A stretch of 64,000 bases of DNA, taken from the NCBI GenBank assembly GCA_963662405.2, contig CAXXKT010000001.1, positions 2,240,001-2,304,000 on the forward strand. The letters run 5' to 3'. The stretch is from Syntrophales bacterium (GTDB taxonomy: Bacteria; Desulfobacterota; Syntrophia; Syntrophales; UBA2210). The notes beneath the pieces were generated by a model. That model saw only the letters and a program-made list of their open reading frames with translations. It made no database searches and had not been told where the DNA came from. The stretch's first letter is position 1, and every line of letters begins with the position of its first letter. Of the stretch, positions 1 to 9,101 are shown in pieces. The translations under genes and the position numbers were made by a program.

Positions 1-328
1 TGAAGACGGCACAGCACGCCCCGAGGCCAGACCGGGATTGTCCGTGAAATCGTATCTTTGTACCGATGGGTGTGCTGGATCAATGATCGGCATCTGCATG
101 TTCCTTTCATGCCTCTGTCAAAGGCGGCAGGGATTGTACGCCGAAAATAAAAGCTGTCAGGAGAGATCTTTCAGGATTTACCGCTTAGTATGGTGATCCT
201 GCCTCCGACCTTCCTGTCGGAGGAGAGTCTCTTGACAGAGTTCTTTCTTTTTATCTATAGTGCGCCTGAGCGGATGCAGGAAGTGCCGGGGCATCGCCAT
301 GAAACGAATTCGAAAGAGCGTGTGATTT

Positions 329-913
329 ATGGAACCATTGATTTCGCGCATCGACCACGTGTCGATCGCCGTTCGTGACTATGAGAAGGCTGAACACTTC
401 TTCCGCACCGTTTTGGGGGTGATACCGGGGGCGGTTGCCGAAGATCCCGTGATGAAGTATGTGTGGCAGATATTTTCCTTGGGTGACATGAGCCGGCTTG
501 AGTTGATGCGGGCGACGGGGGAGGGGAGCTTCCTCGATAATTTCCTCGCGGAAAGGGGCGGGGGGGTCCACCACGTGACCCTGCAGACATCGGATATTGA
601 AAGGGCGAGGGATGTCCTCGAGAAAAACGGTATCCCCTATTTCGGGTACAACGCATACGCGGATAGTTACTGGAAGGAACTGTTCATCCATCCCCGTGAT
701 GCCTTCGGCGTCCTGATCCAGATCGCCGAGTTTCATGCCCCGGACTGGTTGAACGAAGAGGTCAACCTCCCCAGGGGAAAACGGTGGGAGATCGATACGA
801 CGGATGAAGGAATCCGCCTCAATCTCGCCCACCCCGGCGGTGGCCGGATGCGACTGGAACTCACTCAGGACGAGGTCAAAAATCTGATTGCCGATCTTAA
901 TAAGAATCTATAA
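329..913 (+). CDS. VOC/glyoxalase superfamily protein, methylmalonyl-CoA epimerase-like, with C-terminal extension
   Basis: Motifs IDHVSIAVRD, LELM, GGGVHHVTL, FIHPRDAFGVLIQIAE, followed by about 55 extra C-terminal residues. Confidence 0.8.
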   Translation: MEPLISRIDHVSIAVRDYEKAEHFFRTVLGVIPGAVAEDPVMKYVWQIFSLGDMSRLELMRATGEGSFLDNFLAERGGGVHHVTLQTSDIERARDVLEKNGIPYFGYNAYADSYWKELFIHPRDAFGVLIQIAEFHAPDWLNEEVNLPRGKRWEIDTTDEGIRLNLAHPGGGRMRLELTQDEVKNLIADLNKNL

Positions 914-987
914 GGGGGAACAGGGCGTACTGATGAGGACCATATCCCGGGTGACAGAAATACACGACACCCGGTCTTCTTGATTCG

Positions 988-1548
988 CTATCCCAGGATT
1001 TTCGCTTCCTTTGCGACATCGCCAATGGCCCGGTGCAGATCGGCCAGGCTGCCGTCGTTCCCGATGGTGTACTGCGCCTGCCGCCCCGCCTCCGCGACGT
1101 GGAAGAGATCCTCTTCTTTCCGGTCCAGGGCGAGGAACTGTTCAAAGCTGTGGGGATCACGTTCCTCCCCCCGTGCGACCATTCGCTCGTATCGCTGCCT
1201 GGAGTCGGTCATGGCGACGTTGATCAGGATGAAATCGTCCGCGAAGAATTCTCTGAGAATCGTGACATCGGCCAGTGACCGGATCCCGCTGATCCCCACC
1301 GCCTGATCTTTTTCTTTCTTGATCCGTTCGGCCAGGAGCCTGACGAAGCACCCCTCGCCCCGCTCGCGGAACCAGCGCTCCGAGATGGCGCGGAGGTTGT
1401 CGCGCGTTGCCTCCACCCCCTCCTTCGCCGCGATATCCCGCACCATATCGCCCGTGGAGAAAAAGGGGACACCGTAGGTAGCCTTGAGGTACTTGAGGAC
1501 CTCGTCTTTCCCCGAGCCGTTCTGACCGACTGCACCGATAATCTTCAT
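988..1548 (-). CDS. P-loop nucleoside-monophosphate kinase family protein (dephospho-CoA kinase / UPF0200-like)
   Basis: N-terminal Walker A GQNGSGKD; start moved to ATG 1548 behind a GGAGGAG RBS. Confidence 0.7.
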   Translation of the reverse strand: MKIIGAVGQNGSGKDEVLKYLKATYGVPFFSTGDMVRDIAAKEGVEATRDNLRAISERWFRERGEGCFVRLLAERIKKEKDQAVGISGIRSLADVTILREFFADDFILINVAMTDSRQRYERMVARGEERDPHSFEQFLALDRKEEDLFHVAEAGRQAQYTIGNDGSLADLHRAIGDVAKEAKILG

Positions 1549-1641
1549 AATAGCTCCTCCTTGAGAGAGGTGAGGATTATAAAAGAAAATCCCCACCCGC
1601 TGATCGCGGGCAGGGATTCGTGTGCTCTTTGTTGTATGCGT

Positions 1642-4600
1642 TTACACTTCGGCGTCGCACCGCAGGCAGCGAGATGCCTCTTTGATGGCGATCTCGATGG
1701 CGTAGCCGAGTTCCACCTCGTCGAAGTTGGTCTTCCGCTGGGCGGCATCCAGCTCCGGCATGGCGGCCTGAGGCTGTTCCTCCGATTCTTCGTCGATCTC
1801 GAAGGGGATATCGATATCTTCGACCGGGGCCTCCCAGGGGAGTTCGCCGTTCTTGGCGCGGATCGCACTGTCGATATCCTCGGCGGCCTGATGTCCCGCC
1901 CCGATGGCGCCGACGACCGTCCATGGTCCGGTCACCGCGTCACCTCCGGCGTAAAACTTTTCGCTGGTGGTGCGGGACTTGCACCCCTCAGCGAGGTCGA
2001 AGCACTCCCACCGGTTGACCGTAACATCGCTCTCCTTCGGTACGAAGGAAAGATCAGGTGTCTGGCCGATGGCGGCGACGACGGCATCGACGCCGAGGGT
2101 GAACTCGGAACCTTCAACAACGACAGGCCGTCTCCGCCCGCTGTTGTCGAAGTCTCCCGCCTTCATCCGCTCGCAGGTGATGCCGGTTACCTTGTCCTTC
2201 TCCACGACGATCTTCTTGGGGGCCACGAAGTACTCGATCTTGATACCCTCATGCTCGGCGGCGATGATCTCTTCCTCGGCCGCGGGCATGTCCTCGCGCG
2301 TCCTCCGGTAAAGGATCGTGACGTCCGCCCCGAGGCGGAGCGCGCACCGGGCGGCGTCAATGGCGGAGTTGCCTCCACCGATCACCGCGACCCGGGAACC
2401 GAGGGTCTTCTCGCCCTTCAACCAGGCATCCTCGTTGAGATTGAAGTCTCTCAGGAATTCGACGCCGCCGAAGACACCGGCCGCGTCTTCTCCTTCGACC
2501 CTCATCCGCTGGCTCTTGTGCGCACCGGGGGCCATATAGATGTAGTCGTATTTCTTTTCCACGTCCTCGAAGGAAATGTCCTTGCCGACGCGGGTGTTGC
2601 ACTTGATCTCCACGCCCAGGGCTCGGATGTCGTCGATCTCTCCGGCGAGGATGTCACGGGGCAACCGGTATGAGGGGATCCCGTAGCGGGTCATCCCTCC
2701 CGGTTCGGGGAGCTCCTCGAAGACGGTCACGGCGTAGCCGCGCAGGGCCAGATCCTTAGCGGCGGTGAGACCCGCGGGTCCAGCGCCGACAACCGCGATT
2801 TTCTCCTTCCGGTCGACCGTGACGGGGTCGACCGCCGGACGGGTCGCGTTGTCGGTGATGAACCGTTTGATGAATTTGATGGCAAGCGATTCATCCAGGG
2901 TATTGCGTCGGCACTTGGATTGACACTGATGGTCACAGACCCTCCCGCAGATGGCGGGGAAGGGGTTCGTCTTCATCATGACCCGGTAGGCGTCGTCGAA
3001 TCTCTTGGCGCGAACCAGTGCCATGTACTGAGGAACATCCATGCCGATCGGACAGGCGTTCTGACAGGGCGACTTGAAGAGCGCCGAGCAGACACCGGCC
3101 GAGCAGTGCTTGTCTCTGATGTGGGCCTCGTATTCGGCCCTGAAATACCGGAGGGTGCTCAGGACGGGGTTGGGGGCCGTCTGACCGAGGCCGCAGAGGG
3201 CCGCGTTCTTGATTACGTCGGCCATCTCTTCGAGGAGTTCGATGTCTCCCTCCTGGCCTCTTCCCTCGCAGATGTTGGTGAGGATCTCCAGCATTCGTTT
3301 CGTCCCCTCGCGGCAGGGGGTGCACTTACCGCAGGATTCATCCTGGCAGAAGTCCATAAAGAACCGGGCCATATCGACGGGACACATGTCTTCGTTCATG
3401 ACGATCAGTCCGCCGGACCCCATGATGGCCCCCAGTTTTGCGACGTTCTCATAATCCACCGGGGCGTTGAGGTGCTGGACGGGGATCATCCCGCCGGAGG
3501 GACCGCCCAGCTGTGCGGCCTTGAACTTCTTTCCCTTCGGTATGCCGCCGCCGATATCGTACACGATGGTCCCGAGGGAGGTCCCCATGGGTACCTCGAC
3601 GAGGCCGACGTTGTTGACGTCACCCGTGAGGGCGAAGACCTTGGTCCCCTTACTGGTCTCGTTTCCGACGTTGGCGAACCAGGCGCTTCCCTTCGCGATC
3701 ACCTGACCGACGCTGGCCAGGGTCTCCACATTATTCAGTACGCTCGGTTTCTGCCAGAGGCCGGCGACGGCGGGGAAGGGGGGGCGGGGCCTTGGCATCC
3801 CGCGGTTTCCCTCGATCGATGTCATGAGCGCCGTCTCTTCGCCGCAGACAAAGGCGCCCGCGCCCTGGTAGACCTCGAGGTCGAAGTCAAACCCGGTGTC
3901 GAGGATATTCTCGCCGAGGAGGCCGTATTCCTTTGCTTGTCCTATGGCGATGTCCAGGCGGCGGAGGGCCAGGGGATATTCAGCACGGCAGTAGATGTAT
4001 CCCTTGTGAGCCCCGATCGCCTTCGCGGCGATGATCATCCCCTCGAGGACGGCGTGGGGGTCGGCCTCAAGGACGCTCCGGTCCATGAACGCCCCGGGAT
4101 CGCCCTCGTCGGCGTTGCACAGGACGTACTTGACGTCATTCTGCGACTGGGAGGCGAACTTCCACTTCAGGCCGGTCGGAAAGCCGGCGCCGCCGCGCCC
4201 GCGGAGGCCGGAGTCGAGGACCTCCTGGATGATCTCCTCCGACGTCATCTCGGTGAGGGCCTTGGCCATCCCGGCGTACCCGTCGCGCGCGATGTACTCG
4301 TCGATCACTTCCGGATCGATCAACCCCTTGTTCCTGAGCACCCGCAGTTCCTGGTGGGCGAAGAAGGGAATCTCGTTCATCTTGGGGATCGTCTCCTCCG
4401 TGGACGGCTCCTTGTACAGGAGGCGCTCCAGGGGTCTTCCCTTGAGGAGATGTTCTTCAACCAGTTCGGGAACATCCTCCGGCTGGACCATCATGTAGAT
4501 GATACCGTCCGGGTAGACGACCATGATGGGCCCCATGGCGCAGAAGCCGTTACAGCCCGTTTCAACCAGCTTTATTTCATCGGCGAGGCCCTGTTTGTCC

Positions 4601-4695
4601 AGCTCCACGGCGAGTGCCTGCTTGACTTTTGCGCTCCCCGTGGCGTGACATCCGGTACCCCCGCAGATCAGTATGTGAGACCGAAAAACTTTCAT
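1642..4695 (-). CDS. HydB/NuoF-like NADH-binding flavoprotein fused to a GltD/NfnB-like FAD/NADPH oxidoreductase module
   Basis: Thioredoxin-like 2Fe-2S N-terminus (CGGTGC...GCNGFC), GRGGAGFPTG, ADEGDPGAFMD, SCGKCTPC; then PCQNACP...CGRVC...C, GAGPAG, GGGNSAIDAAR, YRRT, YAGGD. Confidence 0.9.
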   Translation of the reverse strand: MKVFRSHILICGGTGCHATGSAKVKQALAVELDKQGLADEIKLVETGCNGFCAMGPIMVVYPDGIIYMMVQPEDVPELVEEHLLKGRPLERLLYKEPSTEETIPKMNEIPFFAHQELRVLRNKGLIDPEVIDEYIARDGYAGMAKALTEMTSEEIIQEVLDSGLRGRGGAGFPTGLKWKFASQSQNDVKYVLCNADEGDPGAFMDRSVLEADPHAVLEGMIIAAKAIGAHKGYIYCRAEYPLALRRLDIAIGQAKEYGLLGENILDTGFDFDLEVYQGAGAFVCGEETALMTSIEGNRGMPRPRPPFPAVAGLWQKPSVLNNVETLASVGQVIAKGSAWFANVGNETSKGTKVFALTGDVNNVGLVEVPMGTSLGTIVYDIGGGIPKGKKFKAAQLGGPSGGMIPVQHLNAPVDYENVAKLGAIMGSGGLIVMNEDMCPVDMARFFMDFCQDESCGKCTPCREGTKRMLEILTNICEGRGQEGDIELLEEMADVIKNAALCGLGQTAPNPVLSTLRYFRAEYEAHIRDKHCSAGVCSALFKSPCQNACPIGMDVPQYMALVRAKRFDDAYRVMMKTNPFPAICGRVCDHQCQSKCRRNTLDESLAIKFIKRFITDNATRPAVDPVTVDRKEKIAVVGAGPAGLTAAKDLALRGYAVTVFEELPEPGGMTRYGIPSYRLPRDILAGEIDDIRALGVEIKCNTRVGKDISFEDVEKKYDYIYMAPGAHKSQRMRVEGEDAAGVFGGVEFLRDFNLNEDAWLKGEKTLGSRVAVIGGGNSAIDAARCALRLGADVTILYRRTREDMPAAEEEIIAAEHEGIKIEYFVAPKKIVVEKDKVTGITCERMKAGDFDNSGRRRPVVVEGSEFTLGVDAVVAAIGQTPDLSFVPKESDVTVNRWECFDLAEGCKSRTTSEKFYAGGDAVTGPWTVVGAIGAGHQAAEDIDSAIRAKNGELPWEAPVEDIDIPFEIDEESEEQPQAAMPELDAAQRKTNFDEVELGYAIEIAIKEASRCLRCDAEV

Positions 4696-4737
4696 CGGAT
4701 ATGTATCCTCCTTCAGTAGTAGTTGTGTCTCCTTGTC

Positions 4738-5112
4738 CTATTCCGTGACCTTGGCCAGGACAAAGGGGGTCTGTACCTCGCCCTCGAGGATGTGCCTCTT
4801 GAAGACCTGCCTCATCTTATTGGGGTTCATGAATTCATAGATGATGGGATCCTGTCCGAGTATCTCAACGGTTATCTCCGGCTCTCTGCTGCACAGGCCC
4901 ATGCATCCCGACGTGGTGACGACGACGTCGTTGACACCCGCCTCTTCAATCTCGCTCATCAGGGTATCCATCACCTCGCGCGCCCCGGCGGCTATTCCAC
5001 AGGTCCCCATGTGGACAGTGACCTTAGCCCGTCTTTCCCCCGCTCTCAGGGCGGTCTCACCCTGCACACGCTCCTTGATCTTCTTCAGATCTTCTATCTT
5101 TAGTTTTGCCAT
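4738..5112 (-). CDS. Thioredoxin-like [2Fe-2S] ferredoxin subunit (HydD/HndB-like)
   Basis: VHMGTCGIAAGA...SGCMGLCSREP. Confidence 0.85.
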   Translation of the reverse strand: MAKLKIEDLKKIKERVQGETALRAGERRAKVTVHMGTCGIAAGAREVMDTLMSEIEEAGVNDVVVTTSGCMGLCSREPEITVEILGQDPIIYEFMNPNKMRQVFKRHILEGEVQTPFVLAKVTE

Positions 5113-5123
5113 GTCGTACCCCT

Positions 5124-5618
5124 CTAATTGTATTGCTGTAGGATGCCCTTCAGTTTGTCGGGCTTGACCCTCCCGTGGATGTCCTCATCAACGACAACGA
5201 CCGGCCCCAGGCCGCACGCCCCGAGGCACCGGACCGTTTCATAGGTGAACATGCGATCCGCCGTTGTCTCCCCCTCCTTGATACCGAAGAGTTTTTCCAT
5301 GTTTTCGGCGATCTTCTTGCCGCCTCTTACATAGCAGGCGGTACCCAGACAGACACGCACGGTGTGCTTCCCGCGCGGGTGCATGGTAAAGAAGGAATAA
5401 AAAGTGACAACGCCGTAGACGTGGCTGAAGGGTATGCCGAGCTCCCTGCCGATCCTTTTCTGCACGGGGACCGGAAGGAACCCCAGAAGCTCCTGGGCCC
5501 TTTCCAGCACCGGGATCAAACCCCCGGGCTGACCCTTGTGCCGCTCGATAATCCCGTCCAATTCCTTGATCTGTTCCGCGGTAAACTCTTTTACAAGCTC
5601 ATTGTACTCTGAATCCAT
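5124..5618 (-). CDS. NuoE/HydC/HndA-like [2Fe-2S] subunit
   Basis: VCLGTACYVRG...RCLGACGLGP; GVVTFYSFF. Confidence 0.9.
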   Translation of the reverse strand: MDSEYNELVKEFTAEQIKELDGIIERHKGQPGGLIPVLERAQELLGFLPVPVQKRIGRELGIPFSHVYGVVTFYSFFTMHPRGKHTVRVCLGTACYVRGGKKIAENMEKLFGIKEGETTADRMFTYETVRCLGACGLGPVVVVDEDIHGRVKPDKLKGILQQYN

Positions 5619-5659
5619 ATATTCCTCCTTGATGGAAAGTCAAAAGAGAGAGCGAGGTG

Positions 5660-6208
5660 CTATCTCCCGGCCCCGATCTCTTTCAGACTATCCTGTATGT
5701 TTTTCTTCAAAAATTGCAGAACCGTCGGATGGTTAATAGGAATGTCATCCAACTCTCTTTTCAGGTCCCGCGTATCCAATGTGTATGAATCATTGCCGTT
5801 TACGTGTGTATACACAAAATCAACCCCCGGATTACCGGTTATCAGCGTCGCCACGGTTGACGCCATGTCGCCCAAGGGCTGGCGATCGATGTGGCTGTAT
5901 CCAAAGTCCGCTGCCACCGTTGTCCCTTCACCTCGCTTCGATCTGATCGTACACCCTCCACCGGTGATCGTGGCGGCCTGGGAGAGCATGGGAAGGCCCA
6001 GTCCTACTCGGCGCACCGTTTTTGATGTGTAAAAGGGGCTCAGGGCCTTCTGAACGGCATTCCGGCCCATCCCCTCGCCGTTGTCGATGATCTCGATACG
6101 CAGGATATCGTGTTTCCGGTCCTCGGTGATGCCGATCCGTATGAGGTTTGCCCCCGCCCGCGTGGAGTTCTCGGCGATATCGAGAATATGCATGGCGAGT
6201 TCCTGCAC
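5660..6208 (-). CDS. Histidine-kinase-like ATPase (HATPase_c) of hydrogenase-associated regulatory cassettes
   Basis: HILDIAENS, DNGEGM, GLGL, HIDRQPLGD. Confidence 0.85.
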   Translation of the reverse strand: MQELAMHILDIAENSTRAGANLIRIGITEDRKHDILRIEIIDNGEGMGRNAVQKALSPFYTSKTVRRVGLGLPMLSQAATITGGGCTIRSKRGEGTTVAADFGYSHIDRQPLGDMASTVATLITGNPGVDFVYTHVNGNDSYTLDTRDLKRELDDIPINHPTVLQFLKKNIQDSLKEIGAGR

Positions 6209-6211
6209 GGG

Positions 6212-6964
6212 TCACTCCTCGATGAACCGTCCCTCACGCCCCGCGAAGGCCATCTTCAACTCGGGAAGTGAGGGTTCCTTCATAACGATCCGCGTGACCC
6301 CTGTTCCGATGTCTCGAATAAAGTGGGCGTCGGACGACTCGATGAAGGGATAGCTTCTCAGCTCAGGATATCGGTCACGCGCCATCTTCGCCCCCGTCCT
6401 GCGGGATATCTCAATGGCATCAAAGCGTATATCGGGGGGGATAAATCCCAGCTGCCCCATGACGCTGAAACTTTCCCGGTCAATATGCGCGGCGATCGCG
6501 ATCCCACCTGCGGCATGAACGACCTCAACGACCTCCTGGAGGGAGAGATCCGTGGCGCCTATGAGGAGCCGGTCGTTGAATCCCTCCACTTCGTCCGCCG
6601 CATTGACGATCGCCTGACAGCCGAATATCTCTTCCCGATTCGAACCGGAAAGAGCGGCATAGATCGTTCCCTGCACCCTCGACAGGTCAGCAACTGTTTC
6701 AAAGAGCGTAATGACGTGGGCCTCTTCTTTGGACGTGATTTCCATTCCGGGGAAGACGTGAAGGGGTTTCCCTCGGGCGGCTTCGATCACGTACGGGACA
6801 TTCTCGGAGGCGTTGTGATCGCATATGCCGATCACATCCAACCCTGCGGCGACCGATCTCGCGACAAGGGCTGAGGGATACATATCCAGATCCGCACAGG
6901 GGGAAAGACAGGTATGTATATGTAAATCACACCGGAACTCCTTGATCCCCGTTGCCATAGGCAC
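6212..6964 (-). CDS. PHP-domain phosphoesterase
   Basis: DLHIHTCLSPC, CDHN, GMEI, AHIDR, SSDAH. Confidence 0.85.
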   Translation of the reverse strand: MPMATGIKEFRCDLHIHTCLSPCADLDMYPSALVARSVAAGLDVIGICDHNASENVPYVIEAARGKPLHVFPGMEITSKEEAHVITLFETVADLSRVQGTIYAALSGSNREEIFGCQAIVNAADEVEGFNDRLLIGATDLSLQEVVEVVHAAGGIAIAAHIDRESFSVMGQLGFIPPDIRFDAIEISRRTGAKMARDRYPELRSYPFIESSDAHFIRDIGTGVTRIVMKEPSLPELKMAFAGREGRFIEE

Positions 6965-7020
6965 GCATCCCGATCCTGAAAAGCCTCCTGCCGTCCGATA
7001 GTGTCCCTGTGCATCACCCG

Positions 7021-7356
7021 TCAGGGATGCATGAGGGTATATATCCGGCCGGCGATTTCAAATCCGGACAGTTCGGTCGACAGGATGGGGATTCCCTCCT
7101 GTGAGGCTCGTTGGATGGTGTCCTCGTCGGGGTGTCTCCCCTGAATGAGGATAATCCCCGCCTGTTCCTTCAGGACACTTACCGCCACGATATTCTGGTG
7201 CGTCTGACAGGTGATCCATACGTCGCCGCTCTTGCTCCCCGCCATAACGTTGCTGAGAAGATCGCCGACGTACCCGCCCGACACCTCTCTGTCCAGGTGG
7301 CCCTCGCCACATTGTACCGTGAGGCCTAATTGCTCAACCAGAAATGCCACATCCAT
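7021..7356 (-). CDS. DRTGG / HPr-kinase N-terminal-like domain protein
   Basis: GGYVGDLLSNVM...WITCQTHQNIVAV. Confidence 0.8.
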   Translation of the reverse strand: MDVAFLVEQLGLTVQCGEGHLDREVSGGYVGDLLSNVMAGSKSGDVWITCQTHQNIVAVSVLKEQAGIILIQGRHPDEDTIQRASQEGIPILSTELSGFEIAGRIYTLMHP

Positions 7357-7361
7357 TTATC

Positions 7362-7784
7362 TCACCTGTTGATCAGAATCCTGAGATGGGTCCCTTTCCC
7401 CTGTTCCGATGATATTTCGAAGGTGTCGGAGCAGTTCTTTATGTTGAAGAGGCCCATACCCGCGCCAAATCCCATCTCCCGAATCCGATCATTAGCTGTA
7501 GAATACCCCTGAACCATGGCCTGCTCAATATTGTCTATCCCCGGACCGATATCCTGTATGTCCAGTAATATGTAATCACATGTTACCCGGAGACCGACCG
7601 TTCCATGAACGGCATAGGAGATGATGTTAACCTCCGACTCATAGGTCGCAATCGCTACCCTCCGGAGTATGTCATCCGGTATCCCGATTTTCCTCAGAGT
7701 CTTTTTGACCTCGACGGAGACCTTTCCGGCTTCGTCGAATCGTTCCCCTTCAACAGGGAAAGAGTGTTCGTACTCCTGAGTCAT
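7362..7784 (-). CDS. Anti-sigma-factor-type Ser/Thr protein kinase (RsbT/RsbW-like)
   Basis: YESEVN, DIGPGI, GYSTA, GFGAGMGL. Confidence 0.85.
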   Translation of the reverse strand: MTQEYEHSFPVEGERFDEAGKVSVEVKKTLRKIGIPDDILRRVAIATYESEVNIISYAVHGTVGLRVTCDYILLDIQDIGPGIDNIEQAMVQGYSTANDRIREMGFGAGMGLFNIKNCSDTFEISSEQGKGTHLRILINR

Positions 7785-8161
7785 AACGGAACAACACTTT
7801 CAGGGCCTTCGATTTTTCTGATGCACCCGACTATCCCGTTTGCGTACAGTCTCCCCGATGTTTCGAAGAGGATATACCGTGTAGAGAGAACGGGAATATC
7901 CAGCTCTTCCGCCAGGCTCAACGTCTCTTCGGGGGGGATTTTCCCCCGGACCACCAAGATGGCCGAATTGTCCACGATACTTGCGATCCTGACGATCTGG
8001 GGATTGGTAAGGCCGGTGATCATGATGCTTCCGGGCTTCGCAAAGGCGAGGACATCGCTCATCAAATCGGCGCTGAAAGCGGTTTTCACCTCTTTGTTCA
8101 GATAATCCCCCCCTACTAAGATCTTGGCATCCAACAGATCAGCTATCTCACGAAGGGTCAT
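7781..8161 (-). CDS. DRTGG domain protein
   Basis: ADLMSDVLAF...ITGLTNPQIVR; start moved to ATG 8161. Confidence 0.8.
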   Translation of the reverse strand: MTLREIADLLDAKILVGGDYLNKEVKTAFSADLMSDVLAFAKPGSIMITGLTNPQIVRIASIVDNSAILVVRGKIPPEETLSLAEELDIPVLSTRYILFETSGRLYANGIVGCIRKIEGPESVVPL

Positions 8162-8462
8162 TCCTTGCCTCCCTGGCTCTTCTGCTCCGTCTTTTCTCTC
8201 CTTGACTCTCTCAGAGATACAACACGCAAGCCGGAACAACATCGTGGAAGAAATTGCACTTTTCAGCTACAGAAATCGACTTCCCCTAGCACACGGATGA
8301 GATCATGTCAATGTTTTTGGGCTTCAGCACGTATACAATACCGATAAACCGGCGATAAACCCAAGCCACGGTTGAAAGGAGACGGATAGTGGAAAAATAG
8401 AGCGTACTTCCCTCTTGGATCCCCCCTCACATTTTTCGATTGACAGTCCGTACCTCCTTTGA

Positions 8463-8480
8463 TATTTAGTGTACAAAATA
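8463..8480. promoter_or_regulatory. Putative MarR operator downstream of a TTGACA -35 element
   Basis: Near-palindrome TATTTAGTGTACAAAATA; related copy at 8915-8932; TTGACA at 8440-8445. Confidence 0.45.
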
Positions 8481-8497
8481 TATGGAGTGGAATACAC

Positions 8498-8911
8498 ATG
8501 CATTACTGCGATGATTGTATCCTCTTTCTTCTGTCAAAAGCCCATCAAAATGTCTACGGGAAATACAAAAAACGGCTCCAGGGATACGGTCTCACACCTG
8601 CCCAGCATCTAGTGGTCTTTGCCCTCTTCGAGGAAGAAGGGGTCTCGGCCGGTGAATTGGGAAAACAACTCACCCTCGATAACGCGACGCTTTCGGGGAT
8701 TCTGGATCGTCTTTCAGATGGTGGGTGGATTGTCAAGGAATCGTCTGAAGAGGATAAACGCTCATTGAAGCTGTATCTGACGCCCAAGGCGAAAGAGCAT
8801 ATACCTGTCCTGGAACGCGAGGCCAGTGAGGCAAACCAAGAGGCGCTCAGCCGGTTCGGGATCGAGGAGAAGCTGCTGTTTAAACGATTTCTGAAAGATA
8901 TGCAGTGCTGA
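8498..8911 (+). CDS. MarR family transcriptional regulator
   Basis: GLTPAQ...LDNATLSGILDRL...EDKRSLKLYLT; N-terminal CDDC. Confidence 0.9.
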   Translation: MHYCDDCILFLLSKAHQNVYGKYKKRLQGYGLTPAQHLVVFALFEEEGVSAGELGKQLTLDNATLSGILDRLSDGGWIVKESSEEDKRSLKLYLTPKAKEHIPVLEREASEANQEALSRFGIEEKLLFKRFLKDMQC

Positions 8912-9101
8912 AGTTGCTTTGTACGCAAACTATATGGCGGGGACGCTGCTTTCCACCGGGGGCGGTACGGTATTGGTTTACCATTTGATTTACAATAGGA
9001 TGTGTCAACGGCTGGCGGAGGGTGGTCTTATCCCCCCTCCCGTCCGTGATCGCAATATTGCACAAAGATAAAACCGATTACCTGTTGAGGAGGAGGGAAT
9101 C

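Noticed and set aside
1561..4719. Long plus-strand ORFs (370 and 599 aa)
   Set aside because: They are antisense shadows of the GC-rich HydB fusion gene and have no recognisable motifs.
8909..8911. Selenocysteine read-through of the marR TGA after Cys
   Set aside because: The MarR domain is complete at this point and I see no convincing SECIS hairpin.
8935..8950. Possible sigma-54 promoter TGGCGGGGACGCTGCT before the OYE gene
   Set aside because: Only the GG-N10-GC spacing matches; the fit to the consensus is poor.
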